A stretch of 64,000 bases of DNA from Daphnia carinata (GCF_022539665.2 NC_081333.1:8680001-8744000); one strand, 5' to 3'; numbered from the stretch's first letter, positions 1 through 13,360 are shown. Numbers and translations: made by a program. The notes: generated by a model not told the origin, from the letters alone.

Positions 1-727
1 GCCGACTTGGAAGCCAAGGAAAACCAACTTGACGAACTGATTTCTGCTACAGGTATAAAGGTACATTCATGTGCATGTCGCAGAGATTTGACTTTTGTTA
101 CCTTTAGAGAGCCAACTTCGAAGTTTGAGTGAAGATAAACGATACGCTTATGTCACGTACGGTGATCTGAAATCTATTTCAGAATACAGAGACAATACTG
201 TGATGGCAGTAAGAGCACCTCCTGAAACAAAATTACAAGTAAGTCTCGAAATTTTATTTTGTGGAACCCTTTCTAAGAAACAGCTTCATTTCTAATTTTA
301 GGTACCTCATCCTTCTGAAGGATACCAAATCTATATGAAGAGCGAAAATGGTGAAATTGAAGTTCTTCTGTGTCCTGAAGACGAATCTTCTTCTTCATCA
401 TCTTCTTCTTCGCCCTCTTCAAGAACCTCCAGTGGATTTCCCAGCCCGGTTACAAACGGAGTGATGAGAGGAAGATCTCATCGAGTAAACAAAAACAATC
501 AATTCATGACGCAGTTCAGTGATGATGAAGAGAATGGCTTGCTTCTCGAAACCATGGACCAAAATCAGCAGTCAGGCTGCGACACTGGAATCGACATTTC
601 CTCAATGGCAGTTTCATCGGCTAACGAGCCGTTCCTCTGTTTGGAACCGCCCCTTGACGAGTCGGCCTATATGTTTACGATGGACGACGGCGAGGGCATT
701 TCCAACCTCTTTGATTTCTCTTTTTAA
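1..727 (+). CDS. E2F: E2F transcription factor (E2F1/2/3 class), 3' exons only; gene starts before the window
   Basis: Spliced reading ADLEAKENQLDELI..RYAYVTYGDLKSI..VMAVRAPPETKLQ|VPHPSEGYQIYMKSENGEIEVLLCPE matches the E2F coiled-coil/marked box. C-terminal YMFTMDDGEGISNLFD is the Rb-binding motif. Stop at 725-727. Confidence 0.93.
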
Positions 728-1854
728 ATTCATAGATTATCCGTTTACCACAGAAGTTGCACCCAACTATGCTATTGATGGAAATTTAACTCCATCAGCC
801 ACACGGAGTTTGTTCGGGGTAGGGTTACGAGAAGTTCATTAGCGATTTGTATCATGTTCATTCTCATACTCCTTCGCTCCCTAGTGGTAGTTTTTTTAAT
901 TTAAAGTTCTACATATTCAAATATGCGCCATTCAGTCAGTATTTTTTCATCAATTTTATCCTAGAGCTGATGCGCGTTTGCCATCCAACGTTTACCTTTC
1001 CCGGCTCATTTCCTACTCATAGTTCACCATCACCGAAGTTATTTTGAAATTGCAAAGGCCTGTGAAGCTTACCACCTTCTCGAGTCACAGTTGACTTTGG
1101 AAAATTCTTTTAGTTTGTCGGTTAAGTAGAATTTCTATGAGTGCAAATCGAACTCCGATTTATTCCCTCATCCCCCATTATAACATGCTCTTTAAATATT
1201 GCAAGGCGACTTGCAACGTTGGGTACGTTCCCCTATTTTTTTTTCATGTTTTGTTTTTACATTTTGTTGCCTACGAGTCCCATGCGTATTGATGCCGCAG
1301 TAGCGCCTCGATTATCCGCAATAAGGTATTTGTAGCCATTTTTTTTTCTCTTCAAAAAAGTTTAGTTGTTCGGTTGAACTGCCATTTTGTGCCGATGATT
1401 TCACCGTGATGGTTATCATGGAGCTGTGCTGTGTCAGTGAAAATGTGTGTGTGCGTGTCCGTGAGCCGATTGTTTCCCGCTATGTTTGAACGTAGCGGAA
1501 TTTATTACGCTTTCACGTTTTCCCCGTGTTTCGGCTCAAATGAATTCTTTTTCCTCTCGCTATCTCTTTTCCCCCCTTTTTGTGGAATACAGTTTTACAC
1601 TTCATCGCCACAGTTTGTTACGATTCAACAAACACATTTTATGTTGTAAAAGCAACGTGAAATGTATTAATGAATACCAGCGAACGAATTTCCAAGTGGC
1701 CAGTGAGGTTAATCTGATTGCATTTTTTTTCCATGATTTCTTCCCATAAGAGCGGAGCAGCAAATTTTTTTTCCCTTAGGTGACAAGTTATTATCGTAAA
1801 ATTAATCCTTTTTTTTTTCGAATAGGTATCGCGTCATGGCAGGCAGTGTCGTCT

Positions 1855-4800
1855 TTATGCGGATTCTGGATAGAATTTGCTACATACTACATCTCGCAAA
1901 TCGTTTAGCACCTTGGCGATTCCATCAGCATCCCACTCGTCTGACGTCTCCAACACCTAGATGAAAGTGGGGTAAGTGTTAAACTCAACCTATATTGTTT
2001 TTTATTGACTTGAAGTTACATTTGATATGCAGTGTTGGGATGGTTGTTCATAGAGTCGAACAATAACTTCTCCTTGGGAGATACCGTTACCATCTTGGTT
2101 AACCACGATTTCACATTTTGCGATTGCTCTTGCCGATTTTCCATTCATTACGTGGTACCATTCGTCGTGAAATTTGATTGAGGTCTGAAAAAAAAGCGAT
2201 AAATTAGTTTACAATGTAGTGACAAAGAATTTGCAATAACACCGTACCTGACAGTCAAACTGAAGGCCGGCTTTCGCATTCGTAGTCGGTGACCTCTCCT
2301 GCTCGTTTGGAGTGGGAGTTTGATGACGACTAGGTGGTGGGGGTCTTTGTGGCGATGGTTTTTCTTTGGCTTCATCAGCCGTTGGCGTTTTAGGACGAAG
2401 TATACGACGAATGAAAGTTCCCATATCATTCACAGCTTCATTCACAGTCGTCACTGCCCCTTTTTTAGATTTTTCCGATGGCGCTGGCGTCGTTGCAAGT
2501 GGTGGTGTGGTCGGTAGGGGTTCCGGAACGGGATCTTGTGGGACAGGATTTTGAGGTTCCTGCTGAATTAAAGGCGACTCTTCCGCAGCCGTGCCTTCTG
2601 TTGCATTAAGATGCTTCGTAGATAACACACGACCCAGAAAACGACCGATTGAATTCTTCTTTTTACGATCCAAAGTGGTCGATCGAAGCGTCGCCGACTT
2701 ATTTTCAAATTCGCTAACTGGAGCCGATTTGGGCGTAGCGGGTGGTGGCGAATGAAAGACACTCTCATCTTTACTAGTTGCCTCCGGTTCACGACTCAAA
2801 TCCAAATTAGCCAAAGTCTTCCTGCGTGGTGGGCGTTTCGGTGGTTCCGGCTGTGGTGGTGGAACTACTGGAAGTCGGTCGGGATGGAAGCGTTTCGATT
2901 GCATCGTTACTTTCATGCGACCAAACAACCGTCCTACTGAACCTTTTCGCACTAGTGGCCTTCGCATCCATTCTGGCTTCCTACTACCTTCATTTTCTTG
3001 CGACTTTCCTGTCGATTTTTTCATTTCCGAACTTGATCCGTTGAGTTGACTGTTGTCATTCGAACCAACAGCCAACTGAGGAGAGCTTGCTCCCAAACGC
3101 TGGGGTGGGCGAGGCGGGGGTACCTGAACCGGTACAACCTCCAATTCTTCTATTTGCCTAGGAGGATTTTCTTCGGCAATAAGCTTTTCGTCATTAAAAA
3201 CTAACGATGCGTCACTTACCAAGTCAGTCGTCGTCTCGGCAAGTGGCTCACCATTAGCCTGGATGACTTGTTGCAATTCGTTCGAATCAAAATGAGTTTC
3301 AATTGGTTCTTCCGCTTTCTTTAAAAGATTGGATTCGTTCTGTTGACCCATTTCGTCTACTGACTCTTCTTTTTTGTTGATAGTCTCAACTACGCTATTT
3401 TCTAAAAATCCGAAGTTAATTGCTTCATTGTGTACATTAACGATGTTAGCTTCCATCACTGGCTCAACGATCGATGTCTCGATTTCCACACCATTCAAAA
3501 CATTGGCCTGCACGATGTTTTCCGCCTCTGCGACCTTTTCTTGATTGGTCTCCTCGACTTTAATATTAACCGCTAAAACATCATCTTTGGTTTCTGTTTG
3601 TATGTTTAAAGCTTCGCTCTCGGCTACTTTTTCTCGCTGCACTGGAAGAATTTCTTGAATTTGAACTGGCTCGTGTTCCACGGCTTCATTCGAGTCGAGT
3701 GTTTCAGTGTTCTCACAACCATTTTCAATGGTTATGTTGGGTTTATTTTCGTTTTGGGACTCGGCTTGTTTATCCGCATTCTCGTCGTCTTGAGCATTTC
3801 TTACTTCGGGTTCGGCTTGGGTATCGATAATGCGGGCTTCTGCAACACTTGCTTCTATCACGGGCTCCGTGCCGATGCCATCAAAAACTGCCAACGCGTC
3901 GTCGATTTCTTGTTGCTGATCTGGGGGAATTTCTTGACTTTGAATGGGATCTTGTTGCATTGTTTCATTCAAGGCGGTTGCTTCTATGTTCTCTTGTGTG
4001 TTGTGAATGGGTGCCGTGCTGGGCTCGTTTTCTCTTTCAGGCGTAACACGTACTTCACCGTTCTGTGCCTCGAGGCCACTGCTCGACCCGGTCTCGACTT
4101 CTTGAAGCTTTTCGGCGGCCTCGTCTGAGCGCTCATTTGATTCTCCTTGGTCCCCTTGTTTGGCAGCGTCGCCTGGAGCGGGCAAGTGCAGTTGCACTGC
4201 GCCTAGTGCATGAACTTGGTTTTCTTGGATCTCGGTTGTATCAAAATGCTTGTCCTCTTGTTCTAATAGCAAACAGTTGTCTTGTTCAACCGGTTGGTCC
4301 CTTTCCATATCTAGCGGGTCAGCTGCTTTCTCTTGCTGACTGATATCAAGACACTTTTCTGCATTATCCACGTCCACAAGATGTGTCGCAGATAACAATG
4401 CGACAGTTGCGGCACTCTCTATTTGACCATAAAAAATATCCTTTTCACCATTGTCTTGGTGAGCAGAAGACAATTCACGATTGACCTCATTCGGTTCACT
4501 CGGGATATCTTGTGTTGGGGTTTGGGTTTGCTCGAGCGTTACTCCGACTTCCAAGTTGATTAGTTCGTGGTCTTCCATTAAGGGTTCGGTTTCAGTGTTG
4601 GACCCTTCCACTCCTTTGGTGGGCGATGTCAAATGATCGACAACACGCAGAGTCCATTCATCGGCCGGATGATTATTTTTTATTTCTCCAAATATTTGAT
4701 CGAAAACTGCTCTCCATCGTTCTTCATTTCCGCTCCTACAAAATAACCAAAATTCAGTTAGAATTTAATATCCGCAATATAAAATCTTGACTTGGCTTTT

Positions 4801-4992
4801 CATAGTACTGTTAGGTTTTTATTCGACCAATCACAAAGCCACCATAAAATGCAAACTTTACAACCCGTAAGTGCAAATCGGAATAACTAAAAATAGGAAT
4901 GAGGAAGGGTGGGTGGATAAAGTTAACCGCTTCTATTTCCGTCAATATCCTATTGTCAAGTACCTTTCGCCCGACTGGCCAGGGGAATTCAT
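1855..4992 (-). CDS. ~927-aa acidic/Pro-rich protein with degenerate RTP/zf-3CxxC-like N- and C-terminal segments (4 coding exons)
   Basis: Exons 4992-4964, 4735-2248, 2184-2020 and 1956-1855 with GT-AG introns give one open frame. N-term EERWRAVFDQIFGEIKNNHPADEWTL and C-term AGLQFDCQ..GEVIVRLYEQPSQHC..GIAKVLNDLRDVVCSKFY resemble receptor-transporting proteins. Confidence 0.8.
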
Positions 4993-5328
4993 CTTTTTTT
5001 TTCTTGGTGGAACGCTTCAGTAGGTCAGTCCAAGGGCAATCTTATTCGCCTATCTAAAACTGGTCGTTCGATAGCTTACTCACGAGTTTGTTTCGCACGT
5101 AAAAGAATCTTCTTTGTCTAACGCACGATTTGAAAGCAATTAGATTGCCACAGTCACACCCAACAACACCAGACACTTGGAATCGAACAAAAACTCACAC
5201 ATTCAATGGCGCAACCAGTCAAGACGGCCTTAAGGTACGTAGCAGCTGCTCGCCCAAACTTCAGCCAGCACGCGTGACTACTAAACGAATGCGGGATGAA
5301 CCCAGCCCGACTGGTATACACACAGCTT

Positions 5329-5348
5329 CTCTCTCTCTCTCTCTCTCT
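5329..5348. repeat. (CT)n microsatellite / GAGA-like tract upstream of the minus-strand acidic-protein gene
   Basis: Direct reading: ctctctctctctctctctct. Confidence 0.85.
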
Positions 5349-7859
5349 ACTCTTAGGTTCCCTGCCATATAAGAACGGAAAACCGTAGGAGGGGAGTGCG
5401 TGTTGCGCCGCGGGCCGTTTCACAAGCCACTCCACCTCTATACGGCCCTTCTCTCACATATCTCAACCAGTTACTTTCACTGAAAGTTCCCCCCCACTAA
5501 GCGTTGCACATGCAACCCACACAAAGGCGTACTCGAAAGGACTAAAATTTTCCATCCCGTCCTTATTAGGCAACTTGAAAAATCTTTTTTTCCCTTTTCA
5601 ATATATAAATTATCATTATTTCCTCGAATTTTCTTTCTCATTACAATGAGCCTGCACCACGATGGCCATGTTTTGTATTTATCAATTATTCGTAGTGGAC
5701 GAAAGGCAAAATGTTGCCATACGTTGTCTGACGAGTTTTACTGTGTGGTCATCACCGTCGACTAACGTCAGGCATAGCAAAACTTTTAAAGGATGTGAAA
5801 GTTGTTTTTTTTTCCGTTTCGCCTTTTTGGTGAATCTTTATAAAAACCAACTCACTCGCCCAGTGAGGCTGCGACAAAATCGCGTGCTGTTAGGTGTGGC
5901 ATTTGTCGCGAGGACAAAACTATTTTCTACGCTCATTGCCCCTCGAATCACATCCGTACGACAAGGCACCTGTCGTTAAGAGTAACCATAGAATCTTAAA
6001 TAGCCAACGCAGAGCTAACGACCCATGCCACTCCTCGTGTGTTCGTTCAATAGCCTATAGCTTGGAAATGCGTCTGTAAGAATCTTCTTTCGCCCTATAG
6101 ACATCCGGTTTACAAACGTTACGTCTTGTAGCACCTCAGGCACAAGCCTTGTTAACTTTTAAATGAATCGGGAATGAACGAATTGTTGCTAGTCAATTTG
6201 ACAAAGCCATAATGTATTCTTTAGGGGCATAGTTTCCTCTTTTTGAACTTAAAAGTTAGCAAATTTGTTCAAAAATAACAGTAGGGGAAAACAAAATAAA
6301 CATGAAAAATGAGTAGAGCTCTAAACACTTTCGTGCTAGGGTAACTAGATACCAAGTTCCAGTGCCGAACTCGCTGTTAGTGTCCAAAAAATAGGCGGAA
6401 GTGCCCTCTGTTGATGGAATGTTTAAAATCCTGCAGCGATTCACGATCTTAGGTCCTTTAAATGTTGGTTATGGCGCAACATAAAATTTGAAAATCAATA
6501 TGTTGTTATAAGGACGAATTTCTATAAATTAAATTTTTTGTGTCAACATGTTTTAGATTAAAATTTTTACCAAAAAATGTCCTATTTAAACCTTTCACCT
6601 TAAACCCGCACAACCAACATTGATCAATTTGACGAGTTACTACCGAACACATTGACCCGCTATCTTTCGTGAAAATAAAGAGCAAGATAGCTCAGTATAC
6701 GGGATAAATTTCGTAACCTAAAACACGTAACCTAAAGAAAGTTGGAGGGAGGGAAAAGAGGGCTTTTAAGTCGTCTAATCTGTCTTTTGATGTAAAGATA
6801 TCATGGTCTATAGAAAATTGTGTTCTTAACATTTGATGGAAATAAAATTCTGGTTCGTAATGGAAACGCGCGATGGAATTCGGGATTAATTGCCAAAGAT
6901 ACGTTATTCAGGTTTTTGTAAAACAGCTTCTTTCTGAGAATCACAATCATTCTTTTCTTCCCGCTATGATTTCGTGAAAAGTTAACGGACCGGTTAATTA
7001 ACATCCATCTCGTCGGTCAATCTGTTGTCATCGAGCACTTGACACAGTATTGGGGAAATGTAATTTTGTGGATGACTGCTCTTTTTCGCTTTGCTTTACG
7101 TTTCAGCATACGGTGAAATGACAATACTACCGTCATTTCGCAACTTGAATTCATATGTGCTTATCGCTGCATAAATATCATTACTGCTTATTTCATTTTT
7201 GTTTGGGCTACTGACTTACGAAACGTAGGGAAGAATGCTATTTCGGTTTTTGGGCTGGTTTACGATGAAAGCGACTTCAAACTTAATCTATGTGACGGTC
7301 AACATCTGGATGTTTGTCTTTGTCGCTCGAACCAATTTGTTCGAAATTAATAACTAGCATTATTATTTCTGCTTTTGCTTTCTGTATGCCTGATTACTTT
7401 CCTAATAATCAGTCACTGGGCAACGCGTGACTTTGAATAACGGTAAACCGGAGAATCGAATCTCCATGCCTAAATCACATAATCAAACGCGAATCTTTTT
7501 TGCTTGTTTATTTTCAATTATAATAAGGTATGCAATGCCTGCAGTGTCGAAAATTATTTTTAAAAATTGCAAGACAAGTTTTCAACTTTCGTTAAATCAT
7601 TTTATTTGAGATTTGAAGTACAAGCACGTACATGGTTAGATCAACGGGGGAGGGGGCAATCTCTATTGGGCCAGTTAGGGAAACCGCTGAGATTTGCAGA
7701 TGCAATCCCCACCGCTAGCTTCTGAAGGTTAATGTGGGTTTTTGGTCGTTAGATTACTTGAAGACTGGTTGTTGGAAAAGACCATGCCAATAGCTGTTTT
7801 CTACACATTTAACCTGATAGCAATGCTGTTATGAGGAAAAAAGAAAACACCTGAACTAG

Positions 7860-8944
7860 CTATTCCCTTTATATACCTGTCAATATCGAGCTTGAAAACG
7901 TAGGTGTCGTCGTTATTGGCGTGGGGTAGTCAAATTCCCTTCACTGTTTGTTCGATTTCTACGTCAAAGATATCGTCGTTGCGAGGTGAATCAGTAGAAT
8001 TAGAATGTCCCAACCCATTGAACTGGCTTTCGACGTAATAGCAAACGTTGCATTTACGTTGTCTGATTCATTGAGAGCATCTGAAGCTACAATCTCTTCC
8101 ATTAGTTTGTTGATATCGAGTTCGAAGACATGCTCCTCATCGATAGCTTGATGGTTAGTGTTCGCAAACCCCGTTCCCTTTGCAGTGTTTTCGATGGATA
8201 TTTCAGACAGTTCGTCTCCGCCAGACAAATTAATGGGAGTCGGTATATCCTTGTCCATTGACTTGCCTTGCTTCCGATCCAATGCCGGAAGAATATTTTT
8301 ATGTGTCCAAATATAAATGTCCGCCTAGGCAATCGCAATCAAAATGATTTTTACTATATATTGATCTTTAGGGTCTTGCAAATCAAGATCGCTTATCATC
8401 GTTAACAGTCCTCTCATCATGTATTCAATGAAACCTGCGGCCTCTGGGGAAGTTGTGGATGTCGATAAGTCTATCGTATTTGGATGAAGTTCAGAATTGT
8501 CTCCATGATCGGCTATCGCTGGTAAACTTCCGTACGATTTCATATCAGGATTGCCCGCGTCAGAAATTACAAGTGACAGATAATCGCCATCGACGTTGGC
8601 AATATCGGGATCTGCAAACAAAACTTTTGCCATGCGGCTCTCGTCCGGTGATGCTGTCTCGTTTTGCTTTAGTGACAGCCGCTTAACTTTCAGACATGCT
8701 CGGAGGGGTAACGGATTCTTCATAAAAATTGACAGCAAGGGGTAGTTGGCCGGTGATAACCTCAGTCGTAGGGCAATTAAGATCGTTTACCTACGGGCAT
8801 TGGCGGATGGCAACTACCATAACTACGACACCCACAATGCATTCAAGAACGACAAGTGTCGATACGGCTAGGTAGAATTTTAAGTTACATTATTTAACCA
8901 TTCTTTGTTTTGGCAAAAACGATGAAGTTTCTTTCTGAAGCCAT
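7860..8944 (-). pseudogene. Disrupted acidic-protein coding sequence
   Basis: ORFs 8325-8738 and 7959-8282 are in the same frame, separated by one TAG (8325-8327). A shifted frame continues DDIFDVEIEQTVKGI*LPHANNDDTYVFKLDIDR, an internal repeat of EISIENTAKG..DEEHVFELDINK, with another stop. Confidence 0.5.
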
Positions 8945-9739
8945 CGCTTTTATACAAATAAGGTGAACTATGTGGGCCATGGCAACACATGTATTCTTAT
9001 GATTTCGAGACTTTCTTCCGTAAATCGCCATTTAATATTTTACTATCAACTACAATGAGGTGTTTTCCTTATGCACAGATATATTTCAACATGTTTAGTT
9101 TAATGGTTGTAACGAAACTTCAATTATCTTTTCCGAGAATAGGATTTCGCCACGCGCGCGATGGAAATGAAGAAAAATGATTCCGCACTATTCTACCAAT
9201 TATCCGGTAGCACGTCCAAACGGAAACGGTGAAAAAAGCAGAGGTATCAAAATATTTTTGCTTTCCTGAGAAATGCGAGGGAAAATAACGCCCTTCCGTC
9301 TCCTATACAACATTTGCACTGTAAAGTATTTTAATGAATTCAAAGATTTCTGTTCCCGAAGAAAAATGAGCTGAGACACTGTTCCGCACAACTCTTCTTA
9401 GTAGCCTATCACCAGCTATCCAAGAACCTACAACGCCATCTAGTTAAGAATACACCTTCAAAACAATTGAGGCACCAGCATGTTACGTGCCTTATTGTCT
9501 GCTTGCATCCGTGAAAATCAAGACAACTGTGTGCTGTGGTTAACAGTTAGAAACAACTCATACTGTGATAAATTATTACGAGAGACAAGTTTGGATTCAA
9601 CAAAGAAGAATGCTAGAGAAAAATTTTCAAAACAAGAGGCAAGAAAACATTTGAATGGTACGGTATGTTTGTTTTCAGTTTTGTTTACTGTCACACAATG
9701 TTTTCATTTCCTCAGGTGCGGCTCCTATCAGCAACCTTA

Positions 9740-10010
9740 CAGTGTGTTTCATAAATACCGTAACCCCTGAGATAACATTCTAATAAGTGTTAGTTTTTGT
9801 AGAAAAGATTTTTAAGTCCGACTAAATAAGCCCGACTTTTCTTATATCCTTAGCCGGGCTTATTTAATCGGGCTTCAAAATTTTTTATCCAAAAACTAAC
9901 ACTCATCGGAATTGGTTTGAATATCACAGGATATACTCAAAATTTAATGCTGATTCCGGAAAAATTGCAGTTTTTTTTCATGAAATTAATCGTTTTTGAA
10001 ATACACCGAG
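9740..10010. mobile_element. Tc1/mariner-like MITE (~270 bp) with internal palindrome
   Basis: Flanked by TA on both sides, with imperfect terminal inverted repeats CAGTGTGTTTCATAAA / TTTTTGAAATACACCGAG. Internal hairpin 9786-9903: agtgttagtttttg...aataagcccg / cgggcttatt...caaaaactaacact. Confidence 0.55.
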
Positions 10011-11361
10011 TATTTGACGCAATGCTAGCGCGTCAGTACGCTACAGCGGCCTTTTTTTCTGTTTCACTGCTATCGTTCATCTACCGGTCGGTAGATGTAG
10101 ATGGTGACAGCAACCGAAACAAATTCTAAAGGTGAGACATGCTGGAAAAACTTGATACGAATATGTAAGCGTAGTTTTGGAATTCCGAGGTGCTAGCCAG
10201 CTGTTTGGTAAAACTTCAGTTAAATTTGGTTTCAATTCAATATTTTTTACTTACTATTTGTGTGATTACGCAAAGGATTGCGCCATCCAGGCAATGTGGA
10301 TATTCTGCCATGTACATGATAAACCTAGGATTCTTCGTCAACATGAAGGATGTTACCCCCTGGTGATGCTTTTCTGCTGAGTTTGTTTAGTTTTCTCATT
10401 TTAATCATCAATGTTGTATAAGTAAACTACTGTTGGCAGAAAAGCTGATACATTGGGACAACGGTTATGGCAAGTGTGATGAATAAATCACCATAAATCA
10501 GTTGCCTTGCCTTCCCAATTGCAACAAAGATGAATCGTGGAGTCAAAACATTAAAAGGTGGTGCTATTTTAATTGTTTTAATTGATATATCGCTAAGTGC
10601 TGATATGTGTGTAGAACGTGCTGGAATTCATGTCATCCTGGAGAGGACTAAAAAAAAAAGAGCTGTATCCATGAAGCAGCTCATTAGTCATGTCCCAAAC
10701 GATTGTCAGCGTCAGCCAGCAATCTTTCAATGGCTAACAAGCATTTTATGGTTTTGAAAATCGCGGTTTGCACTTCCTAAGGCGACATTCCTAAATCCCA
10801 CCTGTTAAAAGATTTGAATGCGACAATTTTTATTCTAAACCGATTCCTACCAAATTCTTTTTCCATAAAATGAGGTGATATGAGGTTATAATGGAAATTG
10901 CTGTCAAGACTGGCGAGACCAGGTACATTGTTTACCTTAACGTTTAGTGATCAAAACAACCAACTTTGTAACCTTTCTGTTTTTTTATGGTGCATGGAAC
11001 GTCCAGTCGGAAAGCCCATGGAAGATCTCTGTGGCCAACACGAAGGGTTCTTCCAAACTTTCGTATTCAAGTTTTGGCTATGGTGATCATTTGCAACTGC
11101 ATAGCCTTTTAGAAGCTCCTGTCAGGAATCTACAGGAATATGGCAGATGATGAATTTATGTACCATATAAGCTATATCAATAATAAGGTTTTATGCTTAT
11201 CTATGTTTTATTTTCTTAATTTAGATTGATAGCAATAGTGAACCTGCGAAGGTTTCTGGCTGGGATGTGATGACGAAAAGTTATATTAATCTGAAGTACG
11301 GAATTGAATTTCTCTCCATCAGTCGCCTGTGTATTCCCGCGTATTACGGTATTAATTATTT

Positions 11362-11718
11362 AAAAATTGAAGTGCATATCTGGGCTCCCTTCCTTTACGT
11401 TTCCCCGTTTCCCCTTGACTCGTAATAAGCCCGTAGGGGGTCATGCCCCTACTGTACGGTATATATAAAAACAACATATACCGAGGTTTGGAGGGCTCTG
11501 GCCGGAAAGGGGACGTGGGGGTCCGCTTAGTCCGATGATGTGTTCACGGAGGGCGATGTGGCTACCCACAAATCCGAACTAAAGGTTAATCGCTCCTGTA
11601 AAAATGTTCCAAATCTTCAGCTCTTCTTCCGGCTTCTCTTAGCCAATCACCGGGTAATCTCCCCGGTGGGTCAACAAGGCAGCGTCTCCCCCTGCCTGGG
11701 TGACGGCAACTTTTGAAA
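11362..11718. repeat. 357-bp structured repeat unit, copy A1
   Basis: aaaaattgaagtgcatatctgggctccc...gacggcaacttttgaaa; near-identical to 13399-13756 and, inverted, to 14723-15080. Confidence 0.95.
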
Positions 11719-11941
11719 TATTTCTGGGCCTGTATGGCAATCCGTTTTACACAAAAAAAAAAAAAAATAATTTCCCCCCCCCAAAAAAAATCACACTTTT
11801 TTTTTTTTCCGACACGTAGCCATCTACCGCTCAGACTTGTTATTACTGGCGTAGGCAATTTCAGTCCATTGGATGCCATTCGCAGTTAGTTCAGTAGCGT
11901 GGATGGAGAGAATATCGCGTGGTTGGAGAAACAATTGAAAA

Positions 11942-13360
11942 ATGGATAAGATAATACAACAAAAGGGTGGTAAGTATAAACATTATTATATTGGTTTTCA
12001 CTTATTAATTATTGTTTATTAGATCAAATTATGAAGCTGCAGGCGCAATTATTGGAACAACACAAAATATTAGATAACAGCAAAGCTAAGGATGGTAAGG
12101 CCTAATACATAATGATTCTATTTATTTGCTTTTATTCATTTGTGTTTTGTAGCTCAAATTTTGAGTCTACAAGCTCAGCTAGGGGAAAAGAACAAATTGG
12201 AACGGAACAGTTTCCAAACAGTGAAGGAGGTTTTTCCAATTCATCCCTAACTGAACATGAGGATGAATTGGCATTAGGCGAACACAGTCAGGTACCTAAA
12301 GTTTTCAAATAAGAATTCAAAATAAGTATAGAATTTTAACAAACAATTATTTATTGTTTAGTTATTCAGTTTACCACCTGACAGTGTGTTAAAGTTAAAT
12401 TCTGTTAGTGCTGCACTAAACGAATTGTTAGTAATAAGTCCATGCAGCGAAGGAAGTGAACAATTGTGGGACCGTATTTGGGCCGAAAATGGGTGCGGTA
12501 CGGAAACCAAGATATGGCACAAGTTCAACATAAAACATGAATTAGGTACTTTTTGGTTTTTTGTCTATCGAACAAGTATTTTTAATGCTATTACTTTGCA
12601 TTCACAGAATTTTAGTGGGGGATCAAGTCAAGTCTGGAAGTGTTACAGGATGGAAGAGTGAGCCTACAGTTGAAAAACACTGAAAGTGCATTACCATTAA
12701 GGTATGAGGTAAATTAATAGAGTATGCAAATTGTCTAATGACAAGTACCATCTTGTGTGAATGAATCCTGTGTAACAGCAATCCTTTATAGTTCTGTCAC
12801 AGCTAGAAGCCTCAAATAATTCTGCTTCTCTTGCTAAAGAACAACTTGTGCTTTACGTTCAGTGTGTTGGGGAAACTGGGTACTTAAATGGCCCTAAAGA
12901 TGTTTTAATTTTGCTGCCATTGCAGAGATGAACATCATAATGGACTCTTTAGGTATGAAAGGATTTTTCTTCAAATAATTTTGAATTTATGACGAAGAAT
13001 TTCTCCTCCTTTTTGCCAACCAGGTCTAATCTACCAAAAAAAATTTTATCCAATAGGAAAGGATTTTCATGTACTGGGAACACAACTATCAACAATGCAA
13101 CATTGTACAGGTGCTAGTTTATCATTCAAGAGCCTTATACAATGATGTTAATCTGCAATTTGTATGTCCTTCCCCAAGCTTCCACCAGAAGTTGAATCTA
13201 TGAGTCATGTAAGTTACATGATCAACAGTTGATATGTTTAACGGTGTTGTTTTTCTTTTCTCAATATAGGTTAATAGTAACATTGGATCTGAAAAAATTC
13301 TTGGTTGGGGCAAGACACTGAATAAATTGTATTGATTGGATGGATGACATGACATTTCTA
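11942..13360 (+). pseudogene. Degraded multi-exon gene relic within left palindrome arm (mirror copy ~15120-16535, minus strand)
   Basis: GT-AG introns join MDKIIQQKG|DQIMKLQAQLLEQHKILDNSKAKD|AQILSLQAQLGEKNKLERN (exons 11942-11969, 12023-12094, 12153-12291). Later exon-like blocks have frameshifts and stops. Confidence 0.5.

Noticed and set aside
6460..6620. Degenerate inverted repeat / possible MITE relic
   Set aside because: Only about 10-bp matches in AT-rich DNA; ends and TSD not definable.
10130..11300. Transposase or reverse transcriptase remnant next to the repeats
   Set aside because: Only short stop-interrupted frames; no DDE, RT, tyrosine recombinase or GIY-YIG motif recognised.
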